From IMG/VR virus record IMGVR_UViG_3300024951_000014, positions 1 to 47,406 of that record: a DNA stretch of 47,406 nucleotides; one strand, given 5' to 3'. Positions 17,198 through 27,926 of the stretch are shown here, piece by piece. The notes beneath the pieces were generated by a model that worked only from the letters and a program-made list of their open reading frames with translations, was not told the DNA's origin and did not search any database. A program made the translations under genes and the position numbers. Origin of the DNA: a virus (Duplodnaviria; Caudoviricetes). How positions within the stretch are numbered: position 1 is the stretch's first letter; each line of letters opens with the position of its first letter.

Positions 17198-18678
17198 TGG
17201 CTCGCCACTTTCCGACGCTCACCCGTAACGGATTCGTGTTGCCGTCGAACATCAAGGCCAGTTACGAAGGCGCCGGGGAGGGCCGCCGCTCAACTGGCTG
17301 GGATGCTCCTGACAACGGGATCAACAGCATCAACACCCCGGCCTTGCGCAACTTGCGTTCACGGTCTCGGGCAGCGGTTCGCAACGACCCGTATGCCTAC
17401 AACGTGATCGACAAGCGCGTCAGCAACTTGATCGGCACCGGCATCACGCCAAGACCGAAAACCGACGACGAAGCCCTGCGCAAACTGCTGCAGGAACTCT
17501 GGGACGATTGGGTCGATGAATCGGACGCCGATGAGCGCACCGACTTCAACGGCCAGCAGGCGCTGGTTGCTCGCACAGTAGAAACCTCGGGCGAATGTTT
17601 TGTGCGGCTACGACCGCGTGGTCTGGACGAAGGCCTCGCGGTGCCGTTGCAGTTGCAGATTCTGGCGCCGGAATTTGTGCCACACGACAAGTTCGAAACC
17701 ACCAAAACCGGCAACTTTATCCGCGCCGGTATTGAGTTCACCCCGGACGGCAAACGGGTGGCGTACTGGATGTACCTGTCGCACCCGCGTGATGCGTCGT
17801 CGCTGAACGCCGGTTACAACCAACTGGTGCGAGTGCCGGCCGCGCAGGTGCTGCACATCTTCGAACCGGTCGAACCGGGACAACTGCGCGGCGTGCCGCG
17901 ATTGTCGCCGGTGCTCAAGCGCCTGCGCAGTCTCGACAACTACGACGACGCGGTGTTGTTCCGCCAAGAAGTAGCCAACCTGTTTGCAGGTTTCATCAGT
18001 CGACCAGCGCCGGACTCCGGGCAGACGCCCAGAGATCCCGTCACCGGCCAGCCACTGATTCCCGATCGTGACGGCTTTACCCCGATGGTCGCACTGGAGC
18101 CCGGCACCATGCAGGAGCTGGGGCCCGGTGAAGAGGTTGAGTTCTCCAAGCCGCCGGACGCGGGCAACAACTATCCGGACTTCATGCGGCAGCAGCTGAT
18201 GGCTGCAGCTGCGGGAACGGGTACGCCTTACGAGATCCTCACTGGCGACATGCGCGAGGTTAACGACCGGGCACTGCGGGTCGTGCTCAATGAGTTTCGC
18301 CGCCGCCTGGAGCAGCTGCAATTCGGCGTTTACGTGCATCAGCTTTGCCGCCCGGTGCGGGCCGCCTGGATGGACATGGCGGTGTTGTCCGGTGTTCTGG
18401 TGTTGGACGACTACGCCCTGCGGCGCCGGCATTACCTGCGTACCCGGTGGGTGCCACAAGGGTGGGCCTACATACAGCCGGTTCAAGACGTTCAGGCGCG
18501 GCGGATGGAAGTCCAAGCGGGCTTTGCTTCACGCAGTGAGATGGTCCTGCGCACCGGCTACGACGCGGAAACGGTCGACGCGGAAAACGCCGCTGACTTA
18601 GCTCGGGCCACCACCCTTGGCCTCAATTACACAACTCTCGAAGCCTTCGTCCCAGTCGACGACAAGGAGCAATCATGA
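17197..18678 (+). CDS. Portal protein, lambda family
   Basis: LRSRSRAAVRNDPYA, RGVP.L.P and W.YIQP.QD. Confidence 0.95.
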   Translation: MARHFPTLTRNGFVLPSNIKASYEGAGEGRRSTGWDAPDNGINSINTPALRNLRSRSRAAVRNDPYAYNVIDKRVSNLIGTGITPRPKTDDEALRKLLQELWDDWVDESDADERTDFNGQQALVARTVETSGECFVRLRPRGLDEGLAVPLQLQILAPEFVPHDKFETTKTGNFIRAGIEFTPDGKRVAYWMYLSHPRDASSLNAGYNQLVRVPAAQVLHIFEPVEPGQLRGVPRLSPVLKRLRSLDNYDDAVLFRQEVANLFAGFISRPAPDSGQTPRDPVTGQPLIPDRDGFTPMVALEPGTMQELGPGEEVEFSKPPDAGNNYPDFMRQQLMAAAAGTGTPYEILTGDMREVNDRALRVVLNEFRRRLEQLQFGVYVHQLCRPVRAAWMDMAVLSGVLVLDDYALRRRHYLRTRWVPQGWAYIQPVQDVQARRMEVQAGFASRSEMVLRTGYDAETVDAENAADLARATTLGLNYTTLEAFVPVDDKEQS

Positions 18679-19817
18679 GCAAGAAAGCGCGACCGCGCGT
18701 TTACAACCGGGCAGGGCAGCGCGTACCCGTGCAGGACGACACCTGGTACACGGTGCAAGCCAGTGGTGAAGCTACCGAGCGAGTGATCGAAGTCTTCGTC
18801 TACGGCGAGATCGGCGGCTGGGGCATCACCGCCAATCAGTTCGTGCAGGATCTGCGCGCCATGGATGACGGCGTCTCACCCGTGATCGCCGCGTTCAACA
18901 GTATCGGCGGTGACCTGTTCGACGGCTTGGCGATGCACAACGCACTGTCGCGTTTGGGCGAGCGTTGCACCGGGCGGGTGGATGCGTTGGCCGCCAGCGC
19001 GGCGAGCGTGGCGGTGTGTGGTGCGCACCGCGTGGTGATCGCCTCCAACGCCATGTTGATGATCCACAACCCATGGACGTATGCGGCGGGGGATGCCGAG
19101 GATTTTCGCAAGGTGGCCGATGTGCTCGACCAGACCATGGAGGCGATCATCGCGGCCTACAAGGCCAAGGCCCCTGACATTGATGAGGTCGAGTTGCGCC
19201 GCTTGGTCGCCGCTGAAACCTGGCTGACCGCCAATGAAGCGGTGGCGCTGGGCTTGGCGGATGAAGTCGGCGACGGGGTCAAGGTTAAGGCGTGTCTGGG
19301 GCAGGGCAGTGTGCTGCAGCGTTACCAGCACGCACCAGCCGAGTTGTTGGCTCAGCTCGACGAGCCACCTGAGACGGATTCCGACGTGGAGCTCGACACG
19401 CTGCCACCGGCTCCCACCGTGGTCGATTCAGCCAAGCTGGCCTTGATGATCACCCAGCGTTGCGCCGAAGCCGGTATCAACAATCTGGTCGAGCCGCTGC
19501 TCAGCTCTACCAAGCTTGAAAGTAAAGCAATCGTCCAGGCCGGCTTAACCCGCGCCAAAGCGGTGAATGACCTGTGTGTCGCTGCACGGTTGCCCGAGTT
19601 CAGCGTCGAGTACGTAGCTGCAGGCCTGGACGTTGCGGCGGTGCGGGCACGGCTGTTCGACAAGATCGTCAGCAGCGGCAAGGGCTTTGAAATCGACAAC
19701 AGCTTGCCGCTCGACGATGACCCCGCACCCAAAATTCAGGCTAAAAAAATCGATCAACCTTCAATCTGGTCGGCGCGCCAATCTGCGCACACCGGTAAAT
19801 CAGGAGCCAAAAGATGA
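18675..19817 (+). CDS. ClpP-like head maturation protease/scaffold
   Basis: NSIGGD, LAASAAS, MIHNP and ETWLTANEAV.LGLAD. Confidence 0.93.
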   Translation: MSKKARPRVYNRAGQRVPVQDDTWYTVQASGEATERVIEVFVYGEIGGWGITANQFVQDLRAMDDGVSPVIAAFNSIGGDLFDGLAMHNALSRLGERCTGRVDALAASAASVAVCGAHRVVIASNAMLMIHNPWTYAAGDAEDFRKVADVLDQTMEAIIAAYKAKAPDIDEVELRRLVAAETWLTANEAVALGLADEVGDGVKVKACLGQGSVLQRYQHAPAELLAQLDEPPETDSDVELDTLPPAPTVVDSAKLALMITQRCAEAGINNLVEPLLSSTKLESKAIVQAGLTRAKAVNDLCVAARLPEFSVEYVAAGLDVAAVRARLFDKIVSSGKGFEIDNSLPLDDDPAPKIQAKKIDQPSIWSARQSAHTGKSGAKR

Positions 19818-20158
19818 CCATTCAACGTGAGCCGATGCACGCAGGCGAATTCCTCCTGTCCGAAGCCGCCGGCACTATCTCCCGCGAAGCCATCAATGTC
19901 GCTGCCGGCCCAGCGCTGGAACCGGGGCAGGTCCTCGGTCTGGTCAGCCTGACCGGTGAGTTTGCCCCGTACAACCCGACCGCCGAAGACGGTAGCGAAA
20001 ACGCCGTGGCGATTCTCTACGGCCCGCTGGGCGAGTCGGATCTGGTCCGCCGTGGCCGTGCGGTGGTTCGCCTGGCGGAAGTCAGTGAGGCGCACCTGAC
20101 CGGCCTGGACCCCGCCGCAGAGAAAGCGCTGGCGAGTCACTTCCTGATCGTCCGCTAA
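19814..20158 (+). CDS. Head decoration protein (gpD-like)
   Basis: GQVLG...Y.P.A.DGSE.AVAIL; located before the major capsid gene. Confidence 0.85.
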   Translation: MTIQREPMHAGEFLLSEAAGTISREAINVAAGPALEPGQVLGLVSLTGEFAPYNPTAEDGSENAVAILYGPLGESDLVRRGRAVVRLAEVSEAHLTGLDPAAEKALASHFLIVR

Positions 20159-20179
20159 GACAACCACCCCTGATTACCG

Positions 20180-20202
20180 AACCCGCCGAATGCGGGTTTT
20201 TT
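20180..20202 (+). terminator. Intrinsic terminator-like hairpin
   Basis: AACCCGC-cgaat-GCGGGTTTTTT. Confidence 0.5.
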
Positions 20203-20221
20203 GCTTTCTGGAGATAGCTTC

Positions 20222-21217
20222 ATGGCTGACATTGAAATCTTTAACGATGACGCGTTCTCGGTCTCTTCGCTGACCGCCGCCATCAATGAACAGGAATACC
20301 TGCCGGGCCGCATCAGCAGCCTCGGTTTGTTCCAGGAAGAGGGCATCACCACCCTGACGGTACAAATCGAAAAGGATGGCGACACCTTGGCCCTGGTCCC
20401 AGCAGGTGAGCGCGGTACTTCTGGTCTGGTAGTCGCTGGTACTAAACGCAACATGATCCCGTTCAACACCGTACACCTGCCTCAACGCTTTGCTATCAAG
20501 GCAGATGAGATCCAAGGCATCCGCGCATTTGGTGCGCGTTCAGAGTTGCAAGCCGTACAGGACGTGGTTAACAAACGCCTGGCCAAAGCGCGGCGGCAGT
20601 TGGACGCAACGCACGAGTTCCAACGCATGGGAGCGCTCAATGGTCAGATCCTAGACGCAGACGGATCGACGGTGTTGCTGGATATCTACAAAACCTTCGG
20701 CGTGACGCGTAAGAAAATGTCTATGGGGCTTAACAGTCCAGACACCGAGGTTCGGGTAAAGGCCGGTGAAGCGTTGGACCTGCAGGAAGAGGCACTGGGA
20801 AGTATCACCAGCAGCGGTTCGCGGGCGCTGTGTGGCAAGAACTTCTGGAACAAGCTTGTTGTGCACAAGTCGATCAAAGACACCTTTGTGAACAGCCAGC
20901 AGGCCGCCGCTTTGCGCGGTGATGCCCGTGAAAGTTTCGAGTTCGGTGGCATTGTCTGGGAACGCTATCGCGGCAAGATTGCAGGCGTGACCTTCATCCA
21001 TGACGACAAGGCTCTGCTGATTCCAGAAGGCGTTCCGGACCTGTACATCTCGGTGTTCGCGCCGGCCGACTACATGGAAACGGTCAACACCGAAGGCGTG
21101 CCGTACTACAGCAAGATCGAACCGCTGCCCTTCAATAAGGGGATGGCCGGTGAAGCCCAGTCTAACCCGCTACACCTCTGCACCCGCCCGCTGGCGCAGA
21201 TCCTGCTGGAGCTCTGA
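20222..21217 (+). CDS. Major capsid protein (gpE family)
   Basis: FSVSSLTAAIN, THEFQRMGALNG and EAQSNPLHLCTRP; GGAG RBS. Confidence 0.93.
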   Translation: MADIEIFNDDAFSVSSLTAAINEQEYLPGRISSLGLFQEEGITTLTVQIEKDGDTLALVPAGERGTSGLVVAGTKRNMIPFNTVHLPQRFAIKADEIQGIRAFGARSELQAVQDVVNKRLAKARRQLDATHEFQRMGALNGQILDADGSTVLLDIYKTFGVTRKKMSMGLNSPDTEVRVKAGEALDLQEEALGSITSSGSRALCGKNFWNKLVVHKSIKDTFVNSQQAAALRGDARESFEFGGIVWERYRGKIAGVTFIHDDKALLIPEGVPDLYISVFAPADYMETVNTEGVPYYSKIEPLPFNKGMAGEAQSNPLHLCTRPLAQILLEL

Positions 21218-21219
21218 CC

Positions 21220-21540
21220 GTGAGCTTCCGCGATCTGATCGCCGAGGTCGACGCGGTGGTGTTCGAAACGCTGGGCGACACCGCGCGGATTGAAGGTCGT
21301 GATGAGCCGGTGCTGGGCATGTTCTCTGCGCCCTGGCTGCAGCCGAAGATCGGCAAGCTCAACACCGGTCTGCGCGAGCCTCGCTTTGAAATTCGCGTCA
21401 GCGACTCCCACGGGCTAGAGCAGGGCTTGCTGGTCACCGTCGATCTGCCGGAGCTGGATGGCGGTGGGGAGTACGACCTTCTGCAGCTGGAGCCGAGCGG
21501 TGACGGTCTGGTCGCCTTGATCCTGAGGATGCGCGCATGA
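21220..21540 (+). CDS. Head-tail joining protein
   Basis: Position after the capsid gene; 106 aa. Confidence 0.65.
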   Translation: MSFRDLIAEVDAVVFETLGDTARIEGRDEPVLGMFSAPWLQPKIGKLNTGLREPRFEIRVSDSHGLEQGLLVTVDLPELDGGGEYDLLQLEPSGDGLVALILRMRA

Positions 21541-22202
21541 GTGTCGGCAGCTACTTCAAATCGTCGGCCGGTGGCGGGATGCTCTCCATCCAGTCCTCGG
21601 CCGCCGACCTGCAGGCGTTCGAGGACTTTGCCAAGCTGGTGCCGAAAGCGGCCGCTGCGGCTCAGCGTCGGGCGATCAACAAGACGTTGGGGTGGCTGCG
21701 CACTCACATTGCCCGTGCGGTCAGCCGGCAGGAGCGCATTGCCGTTGCGGCGGTGCGTCAGCGTCTGCGTAGTTACCCAGTCTCCGGCGGGGCCACCATC
21801 GGCAAGCTGTGGTTCGGTCTCAATCCCATTGAGTCGAGCCGGATCGGGCGAGCACGACAATCCGGTAGCGGCGTATCGGTGGCCGGGCGTCGCTATCAGG
21901 GCGCTTTCCTCAAGCAGGTCTACGGCAATAAGCCCGACATCTGGATTCGCACCGCCAGTAAGCACTTCAATGCAGACGATTATCCCGACAGCACAATGTC
22001 GGGTGCTGGCGGGGCCAGTTCGGGGTGGGTCGCAGAAAACGGCAATCGCTTTCCGTTGGCCAAGGCCAAGGTGTCGCTGGAGCAGGCCCGGCCGCACTTC
22101 GACGCGTGGATCAAACGCGCCCATGCACGCTTGCTGGAAATCCTGCAGCAAGAATTCAACTTTGAACTGCAGAAGTACCTGAAGGGGACAGCGAATGTCT
22201 GA
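21537..22202 (+). CDS. Tail completion protein (gpZ-like)
   Basis: RRAINKTL; basic composition; position. Confidence 0.7.
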   Translation: MSVGSYFKSSAGGGMLSIQSSAADLQAFEDFAKLVPKAAAAAQRRAINKTLGWLRTHIARAVSRQERIAVAAVRQRLRSYPVSGGATIGKLWFGLNPIESSRIGRARQSGSGVSVAGRRYQGAFLKQVYGNKPDIWIRTASKHFNADDYPDSTMSGAGGASSGWVAENGNRFPLAKAKVSLEQARPHFDAWIKRAHARLLEILQQEFNFELQKYLKGTANV

Positions 22203-22707
22203 TGAGCCTTTTAGTCTTGACCAGCTCTACCGGGCGATTGAGCAGCATCTGGCGAGCAACTTGCCGGGCATCAAAGCGGTCACCGCCTGGCCGAACATCA
22301 AGGACCGCATTGCGTTGCCGGTGGTGTTTTTGGAAATGGCTGAGATCGAACCGGGCAAGGACCTCGGCACCGGCGAAACCACGCTGGTGTGTCGGTTCGA
22401 GGCGCGGATCATTGTTGATCCGATCAAGCCGCAGCATTGCCAACAAGCCGCGCACCTGGCGGCACAGTTGGCGGTGTTGCTGCGCATGCAAACCTGGGAC
22501 GTTGCAGTCGAGCCGGCCGAGTTCGTTCAGGCCATGCAGGATTGGACCAAGCCGGAACTGGATGGCTACACCGTCTGGCTGGTGGAATGGACCCATCAGC
22601 TGTACCTCGGAGTGGAGGAATGGCCGTGGTCGGACGATCCACCAGACGTACCGCCGGGTGGCGATCACCCCGTTGAGGTGGTGCAGGCACCGGATGACTC
22701 CTTGTGA
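22195..22707 (+). CDS. Putative tail terminator/neck protein
   Basis: Position; [13 protein letters not shown]. Confidence 0.6.
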   Translation: MSDEPFSLDQLYRAIEQHLASNLPGIKAVTAWPNIKDRIALPVVFLEMAEIEPGKDLGTGETTLVCRFEARIIVDPIKPQHCQQAAHLAAQLAVLLRMQTWDVAVEPAEFVQAMQDWTKPELDGYTVWLVEWTHQLYLGVEEWPWSDDPPDVPPGGDHPVEVVQAPDDSL

Positions 22708-23309
22708 GTTACGCCAGTGCCGAGCATGACCGCATGATCGCGGCCATGCTGATGCCGTGCGTGGTAGTCGGTGTGGATCTGGCGACACCTGCAGTGCGGG
22801 TGTCGAATGGCGAGTGGACCAGCGCCTGGGTGCGCTGGCACAGCCTGGCGGCCGGGAAGGCGCGACACTGGCGGGCGCCGAGTCTTGGCGAGCAGGGGGT
22901 GTTGTTCAACCCCAGCGGCCAGGCCGGCATGGGCACCTTTATTCCGGGGCTGTACGGGGATGCCGGCGCCCAGCCGGATAATCGCGACCATGTGGAAGTC
23001 TGGCGTTTTGACGATGGCGGCTCGCTGGTCTACGACTGGCAGGCCAACAGCTACACCATCACCTTGCCGAGCGGCACGGTCACCATCAAGGTCGGCAGCA
23101 CCGAGGTAGTCGTTACGGATAACGCCGTGACGGCCAAGGTCGGCGGCACCGAGGCGACGCTGACGCCTGATTCGGTGGCGATCAAATCCACGGCCATCAA
23201 GCTGACCGGCGCAGTGGTGATCGACGGGACGTTACACGCCACGAAGAACATCACCAGTGCTGCCTCGATCATCGATGCCACGGGTAACAGTAACCATCAC
23301 ACGCATTAA
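22704..23309 (+). CDS. Baseplate spike protein V (P2 gpV-like)
   Basis: [10 protein letters not shown], beta-repeats and C-terminal HHTH. Confidence 0.92.
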   Translation: MSYASAEHDRMIAAMLMPCVVVGVDLATPAVRVSNGEWTSAWVRWHSLAAGKARHWRAPSLGEQGVLFNPSGQAGMGTFIPGLYGDAGAQPDNRDHVEVWRFDDGGSLVYDWQANSYTITLPSGTVTIKVGSTEVVVTDNAVTAKVGGTEATLTPDSVAIKSTAIKLTGAVVIDGTLHATKNITSAASIIDATGNSNHHTH

Positions 23310-23324
23310 CCGATTGACCCATCC

Positions 23325-23347
23325 AGCCCGCCGCGCGCGGGCTTTTT
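23325..23347 (+). terminator. Intrinsic terminator-like hairpin
   Basis: AGCCCGC-cgcgc-GCGGGCTTTTT. Confidence 0.5.
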
Positions 23348-23363
23348 CATGCCAGGAGAAAAC

Positions 23364-23582
23364 ATGGCCAAGTCCAATGAATTGCCCGCCGATGAGCCGT
23401 TGCCGGTCACGGCTCTGCTGCTGACCTTTCGCGACAAAATCTACACCTCGCGCACCCTGGTCATCCCCAATAGCAATCGCACGCTGGCGGTCACCAAGGC
23501 CCGTGTCGAAGTGTCGGTGTCGGATGAACAGGCCGTTAGTTATCTGAAGGCCAATCCAGAGTTCGAACAGTTGATGGAGTGA
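23364..23582 (+). CDS. Hypothetical tail-region protein
   Basis: AGGAG RBS; 72 aa. Confidence 0.6.
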   Translation: MAKSNELPADEPLPVTALLLTFRDKIYTSRTLVIPNSNRTLAVTKARVEVSVSDEQAVSYLKANPEFEQLME

Positions 23583-23587
23583 CTTAG

Positions 23588-23914
23588 ATGATCGGAATGG
23601 ATCGCCACACCGGCCAACCCATCTCCGGCATTGAGCATTTACGTCAGTCCATGGCCGACATCCTCGGCACACCGCTCGGCAGCCGTCGGCACCGTCCAGA
23701 GTACGGCAGCAAGCTCCGCGCTTTCGTCGACTTGCCGATTAACGCGGGCTGGAAAAGTTCGGTGCAAGCGGAGGCGGCCAGGGCCTTGGGTCGCTGGGAG
23801 CCGCGTCTGAAGCTGGAGAGCGTGCGGGTGCTGGCGGTATTGGGTGGAAAAATCGATCTCAGCATTGCCGGCGAATACCTCGGCGACCGCTTTCTGTTGG
23901 AGGTGAGCGTATGA
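23588..23914 (+). CDS. Baseplate protein W (gp25 family)
   Basis: HLRQS..DILGTP.GSR..RPEYGS and WEPR. Confidence 0.93.
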   Translation: MIGMDRHTGQPISGIEHLRQSMADILGTPLGSRRHRPEYGSKLRAFVDLPINAGWKSSVQAEAARALGRWEPRLKLESVRVLAVLGGKIDLSIAGEYLGDRFLLEVSV

Positions 23915-24798
23915 GTGGCTTGGATTTGTCGGCGCTGCCGGCGCCGGACGTGCTGGAGCCGCTGGACTTTGAGGTCGTCTATCAAGAAGGGTTAGACACC
24001 TTTCGCGGGTACATGGGCGACAACTGGAGCGCGCCGCTGGAAAGCGATCCCGTGGTCAAACTGCTGGAGATTGGGGCTTACAACAAGGTCGGCAACCGCG
24101 CCCGGGTCAACGACGCGGGTAAGGCCCTGCTCTTGGCCCATGCCATCGGCAGCGATCTGGATCAGTTGGGGGCGAACGTCAACCTGCCTCGCCTGGTGAT
24201 TCAGGCCGAGGATCTGCTGGCGGTCCCGCCGGTACCCGAGGTCAAGGAACAAGACGATCCTTACCGTGAGCGTATCCAGTTGGCCTTTGAGGGCCTAACC
24301 ACAGCAGGGCCGCGTAACAGCTACATTTTTCACGCGCGCAACGCCTCGGGTCTGGTGATGGACGCCACGGCGGAAAGCCCGGAGCCATGCGAAGTTACGG
24401 TAACGGTGCTGAGTTCGGAAGGTGAAGGGGTGGCCAGTCCTGAGTTGTTGGCCGCCGTCGCGACGGGGCTAAATGATGAAAACGTCCGCCCGCTGGGTGA
24501 TCGGGTCACGGTGCAAAGCGCGGAGATTATTCATTACCGCATCGACGCCATCTTGCACATGAACAGCGCCGGCCCTGAGGTCGACGCCAGTCTGGCGGAA
24601 GCCACCAAGCGCTTGTCCGCCTGGATCAACCCGCGCAAGCGCTTGGGCGTGGAGGTGGCGCGTTCGGCTGTCGATGCTCAGGTTCACGTGGCCGGTGTCT
24701 CCAGGGTTGAGTTGCCCGATTGGGTGGACTTGGCCCCGACCAAGGCTCAGGCGGCGTATTGCACCGGCTACAGCGTGGTGCCGAAGGTGCCGGGATGA
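23911..24798 (+). CDS. Baseplate protein J
   Basis: DLSALPAP, ESDPVVKLL, TAGP..SY.FHA and VRPLGD. Confidence 0.93.
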   Translation: MSGLDLSALPAPDVLEPLDFEVVYQEGLDTFRGYMGDNWSAPLESDPVVKLLEIGAYNKVGNRARVNDAGKALLLAHAIGSDLDQLGANVNLPRLVIQAEDLLAVPPVPEVKEQDDPYRERIQLAFEGLTTAGPRNSYIFHARNASGLVMDATAESPEPCEVTVTVLSSEGEGVASPELLAAVATGLNDENVRPLGDRVTVQSAEIIHYRIDAILHMNSAGPEVDASLAEATKRLSAWINPRKRLGVEVARSAVDAQVHVAGVSRVELPDWVDLAPTKAQAAYCTGYSVVPKVPG

Positions 24799-25406
24799 AG
24801 AGCCTGCTGCCGAGCAATAGCACGCAACTGGAGCGCGCCCTAGAGGCATCGTTCTACGAGCGCACGATTATCCCGTTGCGCACGCTCTACAACGCGCAGA
24901 CCTGCCCAGTTCATTTGCTGCCGCATCTGGCGTGGGCGTGGTCGGTCGATCGCTGGGACCATCGATGGTCAGAGGCGGCCAAGCGCCGGGCAATTGCCGC
25001 GTCGTATTACATCCATGCCCATAAGGGCACGATCGGCGCGTTACGCCGCGTGGTCGAGCCCTTGGGCTACCTGATCGAGATCGTCGAGTGGTTCAACACG
25101 GTGCCCAAAGGCGTGCCGGGTACCTTTGCGCTCAAGGTCGGTGTGCTGGACACCGGGATCACCGAGGAAATGTATCGGGAGCTGGAGCGCCTGATCGACG
25201 ACGCCAAGCCCGTGAGCCGGCATCTGACCGGGCTCGACATCATGCTTGAAACCCGCTTGAACACCTGTGTCGGATTCGCGGTGTATGACGGCGATGAGAT
25301 CGATGTTTATCCCTGGAACAACCCAGATATCGATGTGGCCATTCAGGGCTACCACGGTGTCAGCGAATACACCCTAGATCAATTGGACGTGTACCCCCAT
25401 GGTTAA
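24795..25406 (+). CDS. Tail protein I (P2 gpI-like)
   Basis: LLPSNST.LE, LPHLAWAWSVD.W, HKGT.GA and AKPVSRH. Confidence 0.93.
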   Translation: MKSLLPSNSTQLERALEASFYERTIIPLRTLYNAQTCPVHLLPHLAWAWSVDRWDHRWSEAAKRRAIAASYYIHAHKGTIGALRRVVEPLGYLIEIVEWFNTVPKGVPGTFALKVGVLDTGITEEMYRELERLIDDAKPVSRHLTGLDIMLETRLNTCVGFAVYDGDEIDVYPWNNPDIDVAIQGYHGVSEYTLDQLDVYPHG

Positions 25407-27459
25407 TCAGAACTCTATTTTCGGCGGCATGCTCACGACCCAGGGGGCAGCCAAGAAAACCAACTGCGACGCCCTCGGTATCCCGTGGGAGCCGCGTTAC
25501 ATGTTGATCGGTGACGCGAATGGCACCGATCCGGTACCCAGTCCGGCGCAGACCAAGCTGGTCAATCAGGTCTATCGGGCACAGCTCAATCAGCTACGGG
25601 TGTCACCCACTGACGCCAATATCCTGATTGCCGAGTTGGTGCTGCCGCCCGACGTGGGTGGCTGGTGGATTCGCGAGCTGGCCCTGGAAGACAAGGACGG
25701 TGTGTTTTCTGCGGTGGCCAACGTGGCGCCCAGTTACAAGCCGTTGCTCGCCCAGGGATCGGGGCGCAATCAGGTGGTGCGGATGCACATCATCACCAGC
25801 GGCACCTCTAACATCGAGTTGAAGATTGACCCCAGCGTGGTGCTGGCCACACGGGAATACGTCGACACCTCCATTCTTGCTGCGTTGAACAGGCAGGATT
25901 TCAAGCACTCGGTGTTAGTGGCCACCACGGCCGCTATTGCATTGAATGGGCTACAGACCATTGACGGGGTGGCCGTCCCCGCTGGTGCGCGCGTGCTGGT
26001 GAAAAATCAGGTCGCCGGCAAGGACAACGGTATTTACACGGCAGCGGCCGGTGCCTGGTCCCGAGTGGCCGATGCCGATGAAAGTATCGAGGTGACGCCG
26101 GGCCTGTTTGTGCAGGTTGAGCGTGGCACGACACAGGCTGACAGCGTGTGTCAGTTGGTGACCGATGCGCCGATCACCCTGGGTGAAACGGCGTTGGTCT
26201 TTGAAGTGATCGCCGGGCCGAGCGGGGTGGTGCCGGGTTCCTACATGAAAATTACCGTCGACAAGCTTGGTCGGGTGGTTTCAGGCACCAACCCGACCAC
26301 GCTGGCGGGCTTCGGGATCGTCGATGCGGTCCGCAACAAGACCGATGGCACGGTAGACAGCACCACGGATTGGAACACGATCATCGCCGCCGGACGGCAT
26401 CCCAAGATCATGATGGGCGATACCCAGAACGGGCCAGGCGTTGTCGGTTCCGTCTTCTATGCGGAAGTGCTGTATCACTCCGCCTTGGCCTTCACCCAGT
26501 TGGCGTACCCGTATGCGACGGCTTGGGAGGGCGCGGGCTCGATCTATTTTCGCTCCCACTACAACGGGGCGTGGTATCCGTGGCGGACGATTCAGCACTC
26601 TGGGCACTACGCACTTAAGACTGAGGCCGAGGTGGGCACGGCGAGCAAACTCCTGATGAGTCCGCTGGCGGTGTACCAGGCGATTGCCAGCCATGCACCG
26701 CCGGGGTTTATCAGTGGCCTGTCGCTAGCGGTCAACGCGGTCACGCCGAATACGGATATTGATATTGAGGTGGGCAGGGCGCGGGATTCGACCGACACCG
26801 TCGATCTGATCCTGGCTGCCGGCTTGACCAAGCGCTTTCAGGCGGCGGGCGCTTGGTCTGCTGGCGCGGGCGGCAATGCGCTGTTCCCCGGTGCCAAGGT
26901 GGCGAACACCTTCTATCACTTCTTCCTGATCCGTAAGGACAGTGACGGCAGCGTCGACGTCGGGTTCGACACGTCGTTGATTGCGGCCAACCGCCCGGCC
27001 GGATACGGCAAGTTCGTCCGCCTGAAAGGCCGCGCGGTGAAGACCGATGGTTCGGGCAACATCATCCCTTTCATCAACACAGGAAACAGCACCGACTTCA
27101 AGACGATGCAGCGGGACCTGTACGTGCCCGGCGTTGCAACGAACAGCTATTCGCTGACAGTCAGCGTGCCGCCCGGCGTGCGAGTTCGATCCCGGTTCTA
27201 TGCGCGCATACAGGGGGAGTCGAGTGTCATTTACGTGCGTTCGCCGGAGGCAGCGGCGGTCACCTTGAGCAACACGTCGACAGACAGCTTCGTGGGCGGC
27301 ATCGGCATGAGCAACGACGCGACGTCGAATGAGAACGTGTCGGGCTACTGCGAAGCCCTGACAAACCAAAGCGGGCAGGTGGTAGTGCAGGTCTATATAT
27401 ACCCCGGATACTCCGGGGGGTACGCCTCGCTGCACACTCAAGGCTGGACGGAGGAATAA
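25399..27459 (+). CDS. Tail fibre protein (P2 gpH-like N-terminus)
   Basis: GGWWIRE, YKPLL.QGSGR and DPSVVLATREYVD; variable C-terminus. Confidence 0.92.
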   Translation: MVNQNSIFGGMLTTQGAAKKTNCDALGIPWEPRYMLIGDANGTDPVPSPAQTKLVNQVYRAQLNQLRVSPTDANILIAELVLPPDVGGWWIRELALEDKDGVFSAVANVAPSYKPLLAQGSGRNQVVRMHIITSGTSNIELKIDPSVVLATREYVDTSILAALNRQDFKHSVLVATTAAIALNGLQTIDGVAVPAGARVLVKNQVAGKDNGIYTAAAGAWSRVADADESIEVTPGLFVQVERGTTQADSVCQLVTDAPITLGETALVFEVIAGPSGVVPGSYMKITVDKLGRVVSGTNPTTLAGFGIVDAVRNKTDGTVDSTTDWNTIIAAGRHPKIMMGDTQNGPGVVGSVFYAEVLYHSALAFTQLAYPYATAWEGAGSIYFRSHYNGAWYPWRTIQHSGHYALKTEAEVGTASKLLMSPLAVYQAIASHAPPGFISGLSLAVNAVTPNTDIDIEVGRARDSTDTVDLILAAGLTKRFQAAGAWSAGAGGNALFPGAKVANTFYHFFLIRKDSDGSVDVGFDTSLIAANRPAGYGKFVRLKGRAVKTDGSGNIIPFINTGNSTDFKTMQRDLYVPGVATNSYSLTVSVPPGVRVRSRFYARIQGESSVIYVRSPEAAAVTLSNTSTDSFVGGIGMSNDATSNENVSGYCEALTNQSGQVVVQVYIYPGYSGGYASLHTQGWTEE

Positions 27460-27462
27460 GCT

Positions 27463-27822
27463 ATGCCATTTGTTCAACGCGACGAATCGGGCCGCATCTG
27501 CGGCCAGTTCGCGAATCTGCAAGACGGCTATGCCGAAGAGTTTCTGTCCGACGACGACCCGGAGTTGCAGGCCGGCGCAGCGGATCAGGGCGCGGTGGCT
27601 GAGCGGACCTGGCGCGACACTGCGCTGGCATCGCTGGTCTGGTTGCGTGATCGCCACCGCGATCAACTGGACATCGAGGTGGCCACCACGCTTTCCGGTG
27701 AGCAGTTCACGGAGCTGCTGGTGTACATGCAGGCGCTACGGGATTGGCCTCAGGCGCCGGATTTTCCCGACAGTCAGCACCGGCCGGTTGCGCCGGCCTG
27801 GATCGCCGAACAAACCGCATAA
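27463..27822 (+). CDS. Tail fibre assembly chaperone
   Basis: ER.WRD..L and Y.QALRDWPQ..DFP...RP.AP.W. Confidence 0.85.
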   Translation: MPFVQRDESGRICGQFANLQDGYAEEFLSDDDPELQAGAADQGAVAERTWRDTALASLVWLRDRHRDQLDIEVATTLSGEQFTELLVYMQALRDWPQAPDFPDSQHRPVAPAWIAEQTA

Positions 27823-27850
27823 ACGCCCCGCCCTGACGGGGCGTTTTCTT
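27821..27850 (+). terminator. Intrinsic terminator
   Basis: AAACGCCCCG-ccctga-CGGGGCGTTTTCTT. Confidence 0.6.
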
Positions 27851-27926
27851 TTCCGTTACGCGTAACACGAACATCCCTGACTGCCTCGCTTATGCGGGGC
27901 TTTTTCGTTTCTGGAGATTGAGCCTT

